From Candidatus Fimenecus sp. (GTDB lineage Bacteria; Bacillota; Clostridia; Oscillospirales; Acutalibacteraceae): a stretch of DNA of 64,000 bases. The notes under the pieces were generated by a model. That model was not told the DNA's origin. It saw only the letters and a list, made by a program, of their open reading frames with translations, and searched no databases. The translations under genes were made by a program, and so were the position numbers. Location of the stretch: assembly GCA_045578245.1 (NCBI GenBank), contig JAZNJX010000098.1, positions 1,188-65,187 of the forward strand, given 5' to 3'. Below are positions 9,500 to 19,513 of this stretch, piece after piece. Position 1 is the stretch's first letter, and every line of letters starts with the position of its first letter.

Positions 9500-12400
9500 A
9501 TGGCAGTAGTAAAATCACTTTTTGGTGAGTATTTTGACTGTGCGCAGAATCTTGATATTGCTTATGCAGATATCATTGGATTTTCTGTCTCACAGGAAAA
9601 AATGAGTGCAAAACTCACCATTAAGCCTTACAGAAAAATTGAAGAAAACCGTATTGAAGCTCTTGAAAGTCAACTTTCAAGGGCTGTCAATGTTAATATA
9701 ACCATTGTTTGTGATGAGTCAAGATTAGGTTTCCGTACAGAATTTATGGACCTTGTTGTTGAGATTTTAAGAGATAAAATTGTCGTTGCAAACGGATATT
9801 TTAATAATGCAGATTATGAAATCTTTGGCAGGGAACTGAAAGTATCTCTCAAAAAAGGTGGCAAAGATATTCTTCTTTCTGCAAACTGCGATAAGGAAAT
9901 TGAAAGAATTATCAGGGGTATTTTCGGCGTGGATTATACCGTAACTCTTAATCAGGAAGAGGACTTTAATACGGAAATAGCTCTCGACAGTATGCAGAAA
10001 AAGGCTGATGAAGAAATTCGAAGAGAAAAGAATATTCCTGAACCTTCAGCACCTGCTGAGGCAGGCGAGCCAAAACCTCATGTAATCAAAGAGGGCTTCC
10101 CACTCTATCTTGAAACACAAAAGCCAATTTACGGAAATCTTATCCGTACTGCAAACTTGCAGAATCTTTGTGATGTTTCAATTGAAAGTGGTGCTGTTGC
10201 TGTTTGGGGTGAAGTTTTCAGCCTTGATGTGCGTACAACACGAGATGGTAAGAATAATATTATAAATTTCAACATTACAGATAAAACATATTCATATACA
10301 GTAAAGATTTTTGAATCCTGTGCAAATGCAAAAACATTCCTTGGTGCTTTAAGTGAAGGCACAACTGTAATAGTTTATGGTAGAGTAAGCTTTGATAAAT
10401 ATTCAGGTGAGAATATTATTTCAGCAACTGCAGTTAATACTGTTACGCAGATTGAAAAGCAGGATAAAGCAGAGAAAAAACGTGTTGAATTGCATCTTCA
10501 TACGAATATGTCCGATATGGATGGTATGACTGGTGCTGACAAGCTTGTTAAACGAGCAATTCAGTGGGGACACCCTGCTATTGCTATTACTGACCACGGT
10601 AATGTTCAGGGTTATCCTGATGCTATGAAAGGCAAGGGTAAGGATGACATCAAGCTTATTTATGGTGTTGAGGGTTATCTTATTGACGATATTGCCGAGC
10701 CTGAAACCTCTTGGGAAAGATTACCAAGATATCATATTATTCTCCTTGTGCAGAATAAAGTTGGTCTCAAAAACTTATATAAACTTGTGTCACTTGCTCA
10801 TACAACATATTTCCACACAAGACCTTGTATTCCTCGTTCAAAACTTAATGAATTGAGAGAGGGAATTATTCTCGGCTCTGCATGTGAAGCAGGTGAGTTA
10901 ATTAAAGCAATTCTTCTGGAAAAAAGTGAAGAAGAAATTATAAAGATTGCTGAATATTACGATTATCTTGAAATTCAGCCTGACGGAAACAATCAGTTTA
11001 TGATTGCTTCCCATTCTGACCCGAATGCTAAGAACCCTGACAGAAATAAAGAATACAATCGCATTAAAACTCTTGAAGACATTCGTGATATTAACCGTAA
11101 AATCATTCACCTTGGCGATAAATTAGACAAATTAGTTTGTGCAACAGGTGATGTACATTTTATGGACCCTGAAGATGCAAAATTCCGTGCAATTCTTATG
11201 GCAGGTAAAGGCTTTGATGATGCCGACGACCAGGCACCACTTTACTTTAAAACAACTGACGAAATGCTCCAGGAATTCTCATATTTGGGTGAAGATACAG
11301 CATATGAAGTTGTTGTTACAAATACAAATAAAATTGCAGATATGATTGAACAGGTAAGGCCAATTCCTGAGGGAACATTCCAACCTTCCATTCCTGGTGC
11401 TGAAGACGAACTCCGTCAGATTTGCTGGGACAAGGCAAAAGATTGGTATGGTGACCCTGTTCCTGAGTATGTTGCAGACAGACTTACACGAGAACTCGAA
11501 TCAATTATCAAACATGGTTTCGCCGTGCTCTATATCATCGCACAGAAACTTGTCTGGGACTCGGAAGCACATGGCTACCATGTTGGTTCCCGAGGTTCAG
11601 TTGGTTCATCCTTCGTTGCTACAATGGCAGGTATTTCTGAGGTTAATCCGTTGGCACCTCATTACCGTTGCCCTAAATGTCGTCACAGTGAATTCTTCTT
11701 ACATGGTGAATATGGTTCAGGTTTCGATATGCCACCAAAGAATTGTCCGCATTGTGATATTCCAATGGTTCGTGACGGACACGAAATTCCGTTCGAAACT
11801 TTCCTTGGTTTCCATGGTGATAAGGCTCCCGATATTGACCTTAACTTCTCAGGTGATTATCAGGGTAATGCTCACCGATATACAGAAGAGCTTTTCGGTC
11901 GTGACCACGTGTTTAAAGCAGGAACAATCGCAACAGTTGCGGATAAAACTGCTTATGGCTATGTTAAGAAATACCTTGAAGAAAGAGGTAAGGTTGTAAC
12001 TCGTGCCGAAGAGGATAGATTGACAAAAGGATGTACCGGCATTAAGCGTACAACAGGTCAGCATCCCGGTGGTATGGTTGTTGTTCCCAATGAATTTGAT
12101 GTTTATGACTTTACTGCAGTTCAATTTCCTGCAAACGATACATCATCCGATATGGAAACAACTCACTTTGACTTCCATTTCTTGCACGATACAATTCTTA
12201 AACTTGATATTCTCGGTCATGATGTGCCTACACTTTATAAGCATCTTGAGGATATGACAGGAATTCCTGTTATGGATGTTGATGTTTGTGACCCTAAGAT
12301 TGTAAGTTTGTGTACAAGCCCTGAAGCGTTGGGACTTACACCTGACGATATCGGTGTTCAAACAGGTACACTCTCAATTCCTGAAATGGGTACGGATTTC

Positions 12401-13294
12401 GTTCGTGGAATGCTTATGGAAGCACAACCAAAATGCTTCTCCGACCTTTTGCAGATTTCAGGACTTTCACACGGTACTGACGTTTGGTTGGGCAATGCAC
12501 AGGAGCTTATTAAAGACGGTACTTGTACAATTTCTGATGTTATCGGTACTCGTGATAGTATTATGACTTACCTTATGCATAAGGGACTTGATTCAGGTCT
12601 TGCATTTAATATTATGGAAAAAACCCGTAAGGGTATTGTTGCAAAGGTTGGTTTCCCTGAGGGTGCTGAAGAAGCTATGAAAGCTTGTAATGTACCACAG
12701 TGGTATATGGATTCTTGTCGTAAAATCAAGTACATGTTCCCTAAGGCTCATGCTGCTGCTTATGTTATTGCTGCTCTTCGCCTTGGCTGGTACAAGATAT
12801 ATAAGCCTACCGAATACTACACAGCATTCTTAACCGTACGTGGTGGCGACCTTGATGCATTAACTGTTGCACAGGGTAGGGAGGCTGTTAAGCGTAAAAT
12901 GGTTGAACTCCATGGTCCTCTAAATGCAGAGCCAAAGGACCGAAAGCCAATGACAACAAAGGAAAAAGACCAGTTTACTGCTTTACAGGTTGTTAACGAA
13001 ATGATGGCAAGAGGAGTAGAACTTCTACCTGTTGATATTTATAAATCACGTGCAAGTGTTTATTACATAGAAGACGGAAAAATCAGAATGCCATTCTCTG
13101 CCCTTTCTGGCGTTGGTGAAAATGCTGCGAAAGCACTTGTTGAGGGTAGAGATAACAGTGATGGTGTCTTTGTTTCTATTGACGATTTCCAAGCAAAAAC
13201 AGGTGCATCAAGTGCAGTTGTTACTGCATTAAAAGAAATTGGTGCATTTGCAGATTTACCAGAAACTGCACAAATCTCTTTCTTTGGATTCTGA
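9500..13294 (+). CDS. polC: PolC-type DNA polymerase III alpha subunit, lacking the DEDDh exonuclease insert
   Basis: 1264 aa. PHP motif VELHLHT, zinc finger CPKCRHSEF...CPHC, GSRGSVGSSFVA and KIKYMFPKAHAAAY. Between YGVEGYLIDD and YHIILLVQNKVGLKNLYKLVS there are only about 15 residues. In B. subtilis PolC (recalled sequence) a ~190-aa exonuclease domain sits there. Confidence 0.9.
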   Translation: MAVVKSLFGEYFDCAQNLDIAYADIIGFSVSQEKMSAKLTIKPYRKIEENRIEALESQLSRAVNVNITIVCDESRLGFRTEFMDLVVEILRDKIVVANGYFNNADYEIFGRELKVSLKKGGKDILLSANCDKEIERIIRGIFGVDYTVTLNQEEDFNTEIALDSMQKKADEEIRREKNIPEPSAPAEAGEPKPHVIKEGFPLYLETQKPIYGNLIRTANLQNLCDVSIESGAVAVWGEVFSLDVRTTRDGKNNIINFNITDKTYSYTVKIFESCANAKTFLGALSEGTTVIVYGRVSFDKYSGENIISATAVNTVTQIEKQDKAEKKRVELHLHTNMSDMDGMTGADKLVKRAIQWGHPAIAITDHGNVQGYPDAMKGKGKDDIKLIYGVEGYLIDDIAEPETSWERLPRYHIILLVQNKVGLKNLYKLVSLAHTTYFHTRPCIPRSKLNELREGIILGSACEAGELIKAILLEKSEEEIIKIAEYYDYLEIQPDGNNQFMIASHSDPNAKNPDRNKEYNRIKTLEDIRDINRKIIHLGDKLDKLVCATGDVHFMDPEDAKFRAILMAGKGFDDADDQAPLYFKTTDEMLQEFSYLGEDTAYEVVVTNTNKIADMIEQVRPIPEGTFQPSIPGAEDELRQICWDKAKDWYGDPVPEYVADRLTRELESIIKHGFAVLYIIAQKLVWDSEAHGYHVGSRGSVGSSFVATMAGISEVNPLAPHYRCPKCRHSEFFLHGEYGSGFDMPPKNCPHCDIPMVRDGHEIPFETFLGFHGDKAPDIDLNFSGDYQGNAHRYTEELFGRDHVFKAGTIATVADKTAYGYVKKYLEERGKVVTRAEEDRLTKGCTGIKRTTGQHPGGMVVVPNEFDVYDFTAVQFPANDTSSDMETTHFDFHFLHDTILKLDILGHDVPTLYKHLEDMTGIPVMDVDVCDPKIVSLCTSPEALGLTPDDIGVQTGTLSIPEMGTDFVRGMLMEAQPKCFSDLLQISGLSHGTDVWLGNAQELIKDGTCTISDVIGTRDSIMTYLMHKGLDSGLAFNIMEKTRKGIVAKVGFPEGAEEAMKACNVPQWYMDSCRKIKYMFPKAHAAAYVIAALRLGWYKIYKPTEYYTAFLTVRGGDLDALTVAQGREAVKRKMVELHGPLNAEPKDRKPMTTKEKDQFTALQVVNEMMARGVELLPVDIYKSRASVYYIEDGKIRMPFSALSGVGENAAKALVEGRDNSDGVFVSIDDFQAKTGASSAVVTALKEIGAFADLPETAQISFFGF

Positions 13295-13386
13295 TAATCT
13301 TATGAAATATTGTGCTTGACTTATATACTTTATTATGGTAGCATAGTAGCACGCTAAAGCGAATACATAAAAAGGATACTTAGCAA

Positions 13387-14583
13387 ATGAAGAATTATTC
13401 TAAAATTACACCCGAGGGAACAAAAGACTATCTTGCAATGGAAAGCCGTGCAATCCGTTGTGCTGAAAAAAGATTGTCAACAGTTTTTAAATCCAAGGGT
13501 TATGAAAAGGTAATGACACCTACAATAGAATTTTTTGATGTGTTTAACCGTGAAAGTTCAGGTTATAACCCAGAAGACCTATACAGTTTGACCGATTCTT
13601 ACGGACGACTTTTAGTACTTCGTCCTGATTCAACCTTGCCTATTGCAAGACTTGTTTCAACACGATTCCAGAATGCTCGTCTTCCACTTCGCCTTTACTA
13701 TAATCAGAATGTTTTTGTAAGACAGAAGAATCTGACAGGCAGAAACGACGAGGCAACTCAGAGTGGTATTGAGCTTATGGGTGCATATGGACTTCGTGCA
13801 GATTTAGAGGTTATCACAACTGCAGTTGAGGCTATTGAAAACTGCACGTCTGCAGATTTCAAACTTGAAATCGGTCACGCAGGTTTCTTTAAAGAGCTTT
13901 GCAAAAAACTCAATGTAAGTGATGAGGTTGTAAGTGAAATATATGATTGTGTTGAAAGCAGAAACTTCGTTTCTCTCAACAATATTCTTGATAAAATCGG
14001 TAAATCTGAAGTAACAGACTGTATCCGTAATCTTCCTCGTTTCTTCGGTGGACTTGAAATTATTGAAAAAGCAAAATCTATTGATTTAGATGAAGAAGGG
14101 CAAAAGAGCCTTGATTACTTAAAGGAATTGTATATACTTTTATGTGATGCTGGTCTTTCGGATAAAATCGTTATCGATTTAAGTCTTGTTAATCGTACAA
14201 ATTATTATACAGGCATTATCTTTAAAGGATATTTACAAGGTAGTGGTGTTTCCGTTGTTTCAGGTGGTCGTTATGATTGCCTTGGCGCTGAATTCGGTCG
14301 CGAAATGCCGTCAACTGGTTTTGGTATTGAAACAGGTGCATTGGCTTCAGTTATGCTTTCACGAAATGAACTTGATGAAGAAAAGCTTCCTGAAATTATC
14401 GTTTTTGGTGAGCAGAATTTCATAATCAAAGCTCTTGAATATTCAAAGAAACTCCGTGCGGAGGGTGTTTACTGTGAAAACAGTACCTTCGAAACACTTG
14501 AAGAAACAAAAGAATACGCACTTTCAAAGGGAATTAAAAAAGTTTGTATTGTTGGTGAAAAGGTAAGGGAGGAAATCTTATGA
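13387..14583 (+). CDS. hisZ: ATP phosphoribosyltransferase regulatory subunit
   Basis: 398 aa HisRS paralogue immediately upstream of a short-form hisG. Confidence 0.85.
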   Translation: MKNYSKITPEGTKDYLAMESRAIRCAEKRLSTVFKSKGYEKVMTPTIEFFDVFNRESSGYNPEDLYSLTDSYGRLLVLRPDSTLPIARLVSTRFQNARLPLRLYYNQNVFVRQKNLTGRNDEATQSGIELMGAYGLRADLEVITTAVEAIENCTSADFKLEIGHAGFFKELCKKLNVSDEVVSEIYDCVESRNFVSLNNILDKIGKSEVTDCIRNLPRFFGGLEIIEKAKSIDLDEEGQKSLDYLKELYILLCDAGLSDKIVIDLSLVNRTNYYTGIIFKGYLQGSGVSVVSGGRYDCLGAEFGREMPSTGFGIETGALASVMLSRNELDEEKLPEIIVFGEQNFIIKALEYSKKLRAEGVYCENSTFETLEETKEYALSKGIKKVCIVGEKVREEIL

Positions 14584-15209
14584 AAAAATTAAGAATTGCC
14601 CTTACAAAAGGCAGACTTGAAAAGAAGAGCGTTGAACTTTTCCAGAAAATGGGAATTGACTGTGATGAACTTATTAATAAAGGCAGACGCTTAATTCTCA
14701 ATGCAGGTGACTATGAAGTTGTCCTTGCAAAAGCAGCCGATGTTATTACTTATGTTGAGCATGGTGTTTGCGATATCGGTATCGTTGGTAAGGACACAAT
14801 CGTAGAAAACGGAAAAAGCTTCTATGAAATGATGGATTTGAACCTTGGTAAATGTGATTTTGCACTTGCAACACAAAAGGGTGTGGACTTTTACGATGGT
14901 TTTAATACAAAACGAATTGCAACAAAATATCCAAATATTACAAAGGCATATTTTGAAGGCAAGGGAATGGATATTAAGATTATTAAAATCGAAGGTTCCG
15001 TTGAATTAGCTCCACTTCTTAATCTTGCCGATGGTATTGTGGATATCGTCGAAACAGGTACAACACTTAAGGAAAACGGACTTGAAGTAAAAGAAAAGAT
15101 TATGCCGGTTTCTGCACGAGTAATTGTGAATATGGCAAGTATGAAACTTCGCCGTGAGGAAATTGATAAATTCCTTGAAGAAATAGAAAAAGTTATCCCA
15201 AAGGATTGA
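14580..15209 (+). CDS. hisG: ATP phosphoribosyltransferase (short form)
   Basis: 209 aa. LRIALTKGRL N-terminus and IVETGTTL motif. Confidence 0.9.
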   Translation: MKKLRIALTKGRLEKKSVELFQKMGIDCDELINKGRRLILNAGDYEVVLAKAADVITYVEHGVCDIGIVGKDTIVENGKSFYEMMDLNLGKCDFALATQKGVDFYDGFNTKRIATKYPNITKAYFEGKGMDIKIIKIEGSVELAPLLNLADGIVDIVETGTTLKENGLEVKEKIMPVSARVIVNMASMKLRREEIDKFLEEIEKVIPKD

Positions 15210-15214
15210 TAGAT

Positions 15215-16504
15215 ATGATAAATACCGTTTTTGCAGATGGTAAGGCAGATGTTTGCCTTATCGCACAACTTAAAGAAAGAAGTGGCGAGGTTGACAAAAA
15301 AGTAACTCTCGCCGTTACTGACATTCTTGAAAATGTAAAAGCAAATGGAGACAAAGCCGTTCTTGAATATACAATTAAATTTGATGGTAAAGCACCTGAA
15401 AATGCCGAAATCTCAAAGGAAGAAATCGAGAATTCGATTAAAGAATGTGACCCATTCTTCATAAAAGCTTTGGAAGATGCTGCCGAGAATATTCGTGATT
15501 TCCATGCTCGTCAGAAGCAACAGAGTTGGCTTACAACAAAGGAAAATGGCGTTATTACGGGACAGCGCGTACGTGGACTAGAAAGAGTTGGTATCTATGT
15601 GCCAGGAGGCACGGCAGCCTATCCATCAAGCGTACTTATGAATGCTATCCCTGCAAAAATCGCAGGTGTTAAAGAAATTATAATGGTAACCCCTCCTGCA
15701 AAGGATGGTAAACCAAACCCTGATATTCTTGCTGCTGCTAAAATTGCAGGAGTTGATAGAGTTTTCTTAATGGGTGGTGCACAGGCTGTTGCAGCATTGG
15801 CTTACGGTACAGAAACAGTACCTAAGGTTGATAAAATCGTAGGTCCTGGTAATATTTTTGTTGCTACAGCCAAGAAACTTCTCTATGGTACAGTTGATAT
15901 TGATATGGTTGCAGGTCCAAGCGAAATCTTGATTGTTGCAGACGAAACTGCAAATCCAAAATTCCTTGCAGCCGACCTTATGAGTCAGGCTGAACATGAT
16001 GTTCTGGCATCTGCAATTCTCATTACAACAAGTGATAGAATCGCAGAAGAAACAAAGAAAGAACTTGCTCGTCAATGTGCAACACTTTCAAGAAAAGAGA
16101 TTATCGAAAAATCGCTTAAGGATTACAGTGCAATTATCATCTGTGACAGTATGGACAAGGCTGTGGATTTTGCTAATAAATTAGCACCTGAACACCTTGA
16201 AATGTGTGTCCGTAATCCACTTGAATATATCGGCAGAATGGATAATGCAGGTAGCGTTTTCCTTGGTAATTACTCACCTGAACCATTGGGTGACTATTTT
16301 GCAGGTCCTAACCATGTTCTTCCAACAAGTGGTACTGCAAGATTCTTTTCCCCTTTGTCAGTTGACAGTTTTATTAAGAAGTCAAGTTTTATTTATTATA
16401 CAGAAGATGCACTCCGTGAGTGCAAGGATAAAGTTGTTTCTCTTGCAGAAACAGAGGGCTTAACAGCTCATGCAAACTCAATTAAGGTTAGATTTGAGGA
16501 TTAG
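15215..16504 (+). CDS. hisD: histidinol dehydrogenase
   Basis: AGPSE, SQAEHD and APEHLE motifs. ATG 15215 preferred (AAAGGA 9 nt upstream) over TTG 15206. Confidence 0.93.
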   Translation: MINTVFADGKADVCLIAQLKERSGEVDKKVTLAVTDILENVKANGDKAVLEYTIKFDGKAPENAEISKEEIENSIKECDPFFIKALEDAAENIRDFHARQKQQSWLTTKENGVITGQRVRGLERVGIYVPGGTAAYPSSVLMNAIPAKIAGVKEIIMVTPPAKDGKPNPDILAAAKIAGVDRVFLMGGAQAVAALAYGTETVPKVDKIVGPGNIFVATAKKLLYGTVDIDMVAGPSEILIVADETANPKFLAADLMSQAEHDVLASAILITTSDRIAEETKKELARQCATLSRKEIIEKSLKDYSAIIICDSMDKAVDFANKLAPEHLEMCVRNPLEYIGRMDNAGSVFLGNYSPEPLGDYFAGPNHVLPTSGTARFFSPLSVDSFIKKSSFIYYTEDALRECKDKVVSLAETEGLTAHANSIKVRFED

Positions 16505-16506
16505 TA

Positions 16507-17562
16507 ATGTTTCAATTAAATGAAAAAGTAAAGAATTTAACACCATATGAGCCAATCAGCGGCACTTATGAAATCCGTCTTGATGCTAACGAGTCTTTTC
16601 TGACTGTTCCAAAGAACATTGAGAATGAGATGGTCGAAGCACTTAAAACTTCTGCTCTTAATCGTTACCCTGACCCAAATGCTACAAAACTTGTGAAAGG
16701 TTTTGCAGATTATTTCAGGGTGGATGCTGATTGTGTAACAGCAGGTAATGGCTCGGATGAAATTATTTCAGTTATAATGAATGCGTTTTTGCAGAAGGGT
16801 GACAGGATTTTAACCCTTGAGCCTGATTTCTCAATGTATCGTTTTTATGCTGAAATCGCAGAGTGTGAAAGTGTAAAATATCAGAAAGATGATAATCTTG
16901 ATGTGAATATAGATGATGTAATTGCACTTGCAAACAGGGAAAATGTAAGAATTGTTATTTTCTCAAATCCTTGTAATCCAACATCAAGAATTGTTACAAA
17001 AGATGATGTTAGAAAACTTATAAACAGCACAGATGCTTTTGTTGTCCTTGACGAAGCTTATATGGATTTTGCAGAGGATGAAAGCCTTTTAGGTGAATTC
17101 GAGAATTACGATAATCTCATTATTTTAAAGACTTGTTCAAAGGCTCTTGGTTGTGCTGCACTCCGTTTAGGCTTTGCAGTAGCAAATAAGACACTTACAA
17201 ATGTTATCCGTGCAGTGAAATCTCCATATAATGTAAACTCTGTTTCACAGGCTCTTGGTGAAGTGCTTTTCTCGCATCACGATTACATTGATAACTGTAT
17301 CGAAACAGTTGTGAATTCACGAAAAGAGCTTTACAACGAAATTCTTAAAATAGAAAACGAAAAGATTGAAAAAATATATGAGACTCATACAAACTTTGTG
17401 TTTATGAAAGTTAAGAATGCAAAGGAAATATTTGAGAAGATGAAAGAAAGTAGCATTATCATCCGTAACATGGGTGACTACTTACGAATTACTGCAGGTA
17501 GCAAAGAAGAAAATGAAAAAATGCTTGAAACTTTCAAAAAAGTGTTGGAGGAATTAGAATGA
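16507..17562 (+). CDS. hisC: histidinol-phosphate aminotransferase
   Basis: 351 aa class-II aminotransferase (NPCNPT, TCSKA lysine motif) in the his operon. Confidence 0.9.
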   Translation: MFQLNEKVKNLTPYEPISGTYEIRLDANESFLTVPKNIENEMVEALKTSALNRYPDPNATKLVKGFADYFRVDADCVTAGNGSDEIISVIMNAFLQKGDRILTLEPDFSMYRFYAEIAECESVKYQKDDNLDVNIDDVIALANRENVRIVIFSNPCNPTSRIVTKDDVRKLINSTDAFVVLDEAYMDFAEDESLLGEFENYDNLIILKTCSKALGCAALRLGFAVANKTLTNVIRAVKSPYNVNSVSQALGEVLFSHHDYIDNCIETVVNSRKELYNEILKIENEKIEKIYETHTNFVFMKVKNAKEIFEKMKESSIIIRNMGDYLRITAGSKEENEKMLETFKKVLEELE

Positions 17563-18131
17563 GAACTGCAACAATAGCTAGAAAAACAAAAGAAACAGAT
17601 ATTAACTTGACACTCTGTCTTGATGGTGGTGAAGTTAAAGTCTGCACAGGTGTTGGTTTTTTTGACCATATGCTTACAGCATTTGCAACTCATGCTGGTT
17701 ATGGACTCAATGTAACTTGTAAAGGTGACACAGAGGTCGATTGTCACCATACAGTTGAAGATATCGGAATTGTCCTTGGTCAGGCACTTTTTGAGTGTTT
17801 GGGTGACAAATCAAACCTTGTTCGTTATGGTAGCTTCTTTGTACCAATGGATGAGGCACTTGGTTTTTGTGCAGTTGATATCTGCAATCGTGCATACACA
17901 GTTTTCGAAGCTGATTTTCCACAGGAAAAATGTGGAGATTTCGATGCTTGTATGTGTGTGGAATTCTTCCGTGCAGTTGCTGACAATGCAAAAATTACTG
18001 TTCATCTTCGTGCACCTTATGGCGACAATTCTCACCATATTGCTGAAGCAATTTTCAAGGCATTTGGTCATGCAATGAGTATTGCAACAGAAAAAACAGA
18101 CAAAACACTTTCAACAAAGGGGACTCTTTAA
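17559..18131 (+). CDS. hisB: imidazoleglycerol-phosphate dehydratase
   Basis: 190 aa. RKTKETDI start and HH..EA motifs. Confidence 0.93.
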   Translation: MRTATIARKTKETDINLTLCLDGGEVKVCTGVGFFDHMLTAFATHAGYGLNVTCKGDTEVDCHHTVEDIGIVLGQALFECLGDKSNLVRYGSFFVPMDEALGFCAVDICNRAYTVFEADFPQEKCGDFDACMCVEFFRAVADNAKITVHLRAPYGDNSHHIAEAIFKAFGHAMSIATEKTDKTLSTKGTL

Positions 18132-18134
18132 AAT

Positions 18135-18848
18135 ATGATTATTTTTCCGGCAATAGATATAAAAGATAAAGAATGCGTCCGCCTTTATAAAGGTGACTTT
18201 GCAACAGCCGGTAAAGTGGCAGACAGTTATATGGAAACTGCACTTAATTTCAAAAAAGCAGGTGCTGAGTGGATACATATGGTAGATTTGAATGGTGCAC
18301 TTGATGGTGTCCGTATCAATTCCGACATTTTCCTTGATGTTGCAAAAAACAGTGGACTTAAGGTCGAAGTCGGCGGTGGCATCCGTACAATGAAGGATGT
18401 TGATTTCTACATTCAGAATGGCATCGAGAGAGTAATTATCGGCTCTGCAGCTCTTAAGAATCCACAGCTTGTAAAAGAAGCTTGTAAGGAATTCGGTGAT
18501 AGAATCGCAGTTGGAATTGATGCTAAAAACGAGATGGTTGCAACTGAGGGTTGGACGGAAAAAAGTGATATTCACTACATTGACCTTGCAAAAAGAATGG
18601 AAGATTTCGGTGTAAAATATATCATCTTTACGGATATCGACTGTGATGGTATGCTTTCAGGTCCAAATCTTGAACAATTAGAAAAACTCAACGACGTGGT
18701 TTCATGCAACATTACTGCGAGTGGTGGTATTAAGGATATACAGAATATCATTGACCTCAAAAACGCTAATATGTATGGTGCAATATGCGGTCGATCAATT
18801 TACAGTGGCACATTGAATTTAGCTGAGGCTATCAAGGAGTGTGAATAA
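18135..18848 (+). CDS. hisA: ProFAR isomerase
   Basis: [22 protein letters not shown] start is typical of HisA, not HisF. Confidence 0.88.
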   Translation: MIIFPAIDIKDKECVRLYKGDFATAGKVADSYMETALNFKKAGAEWIHMVDLNGALDGVRINSDIFLDVAKNSGLKVEVGGGIRTMKDVDFYIQNGIERVIIGSAALKNPQLVKEACKEFGDRIAVGIDAKNEMVATEGWTEKSDIHYIDLAKRMEDFGVKYIIFTDIDCDGMLSGPNLEQLEKLNDVVSCNITASGGIKDIQNIIDLKNANMYGAICGRSIYSGTLNLAEAIKECE

Positions 18849-18849
18849 T

Positions 18850-19164
18850 ATGAACCTTGATAAATATTTTGTAAAGGCAGAGTTAATCCCTGCAATTATC
18901 CAGGAAGAAAGCACAGGAGAAATCTTAATGCTTGCCTATATGAATAAAGAATCAATGGCAAAAACTCTCGAAACAGGCTACACTTGGTTCTGGAGTCGCT
19001 CTCGTCAGGAACTCTGGAACAAAGGTGCAACGTCAGGTCATTTACAGAAGGTTATTTCAATTCATGGGGACTGTGATGACGATACGTTATTAATAAAAGT
19101 TGAACAGACAGGTCCTGCTTGTCATACAGGCAGTAAATCTTGTTTTTTTAATAAAATCAAATGA
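18850..19164 (+). CDS. hisI: phosphoribosyl-AMP cyclohydrolase
   Basis: LIPAIIQ, WSRSR and CHTG motifs. ATG 18850 sits after AAGGAG. Confidence 0.9.
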   Translation: MNLDKYFVKAELIPAIIQEESTGEILMLAYMNKESMAKTLETGYTWFWSRSRQELWNKGATSGHLQKVISIHGDCDDDTLLIKVEQTGPACHTGSKSCFFNKIK

Positions 19165-19174
19165 GGGATAAACA

Positions 19175-19501
19175 ATGAACGATACTTTAGTAAATCTTTA
19201 TGAAACAATCCTTGAAAGAAGAGAGAATAAACAAGAGGGTTCATACACTTGCTATCTTTTTGAAAAAGGACTTGATAAAATCCTTAAAAAAGTCGGTGAG
19301 GAATGCTCCGAAACTATAATTGCTGCAAAAAATGGTAATAAGGAAGAGACTGTCGGCGAAATCAGTGACCTTATTTTCCACCTCTTTGTTATGATGGCAA
19401 ACGAGGGTATTGCAGTAGAAGATGTCATGGCAGAACTCGACAAGAGAAGCAATAAAACAGGAAATTTAAAGACATTCCATCAGGTTGATAAAAATTCATA
19501 A
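19175..19501 (+). CDS. hisE: phosphoribosyl-ATP pyrophosphatase
   Basis: 108 aa MazG-like (SYTCYLFEKG, KVGEE..E). Confidence 0.9.
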   Translation: MNDTLVNLYETILERRENKQEGSYTCYLFEKGLDKILKKVGEECSETIIAAKNGNKEETVGEISDLIFHLFVMMANEGIAVEDVMAELDKRSNKTGNLKTFHQVDKNS

Positions 19502-19513
19502 GGAGAGAAAGAT

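Noticed and set aside
11397-11999. 200-aa plus-strand ORF inside polC
   Set aside because: It is an alternative frame of a strongly conserved polC segment, with no independent signal.
13295-13386. T-box or other riboswitch leader upstream of hisZ
   Set aside because: The leader is only about 90 nt and shows no specifier/antiterminator architecture. I could support only a TTGACT-17-TAGCAT promoter-like sequence there.
18111-18575. 154-aa minus-strand ORF
   Set aside because: It is antisense within hisA.
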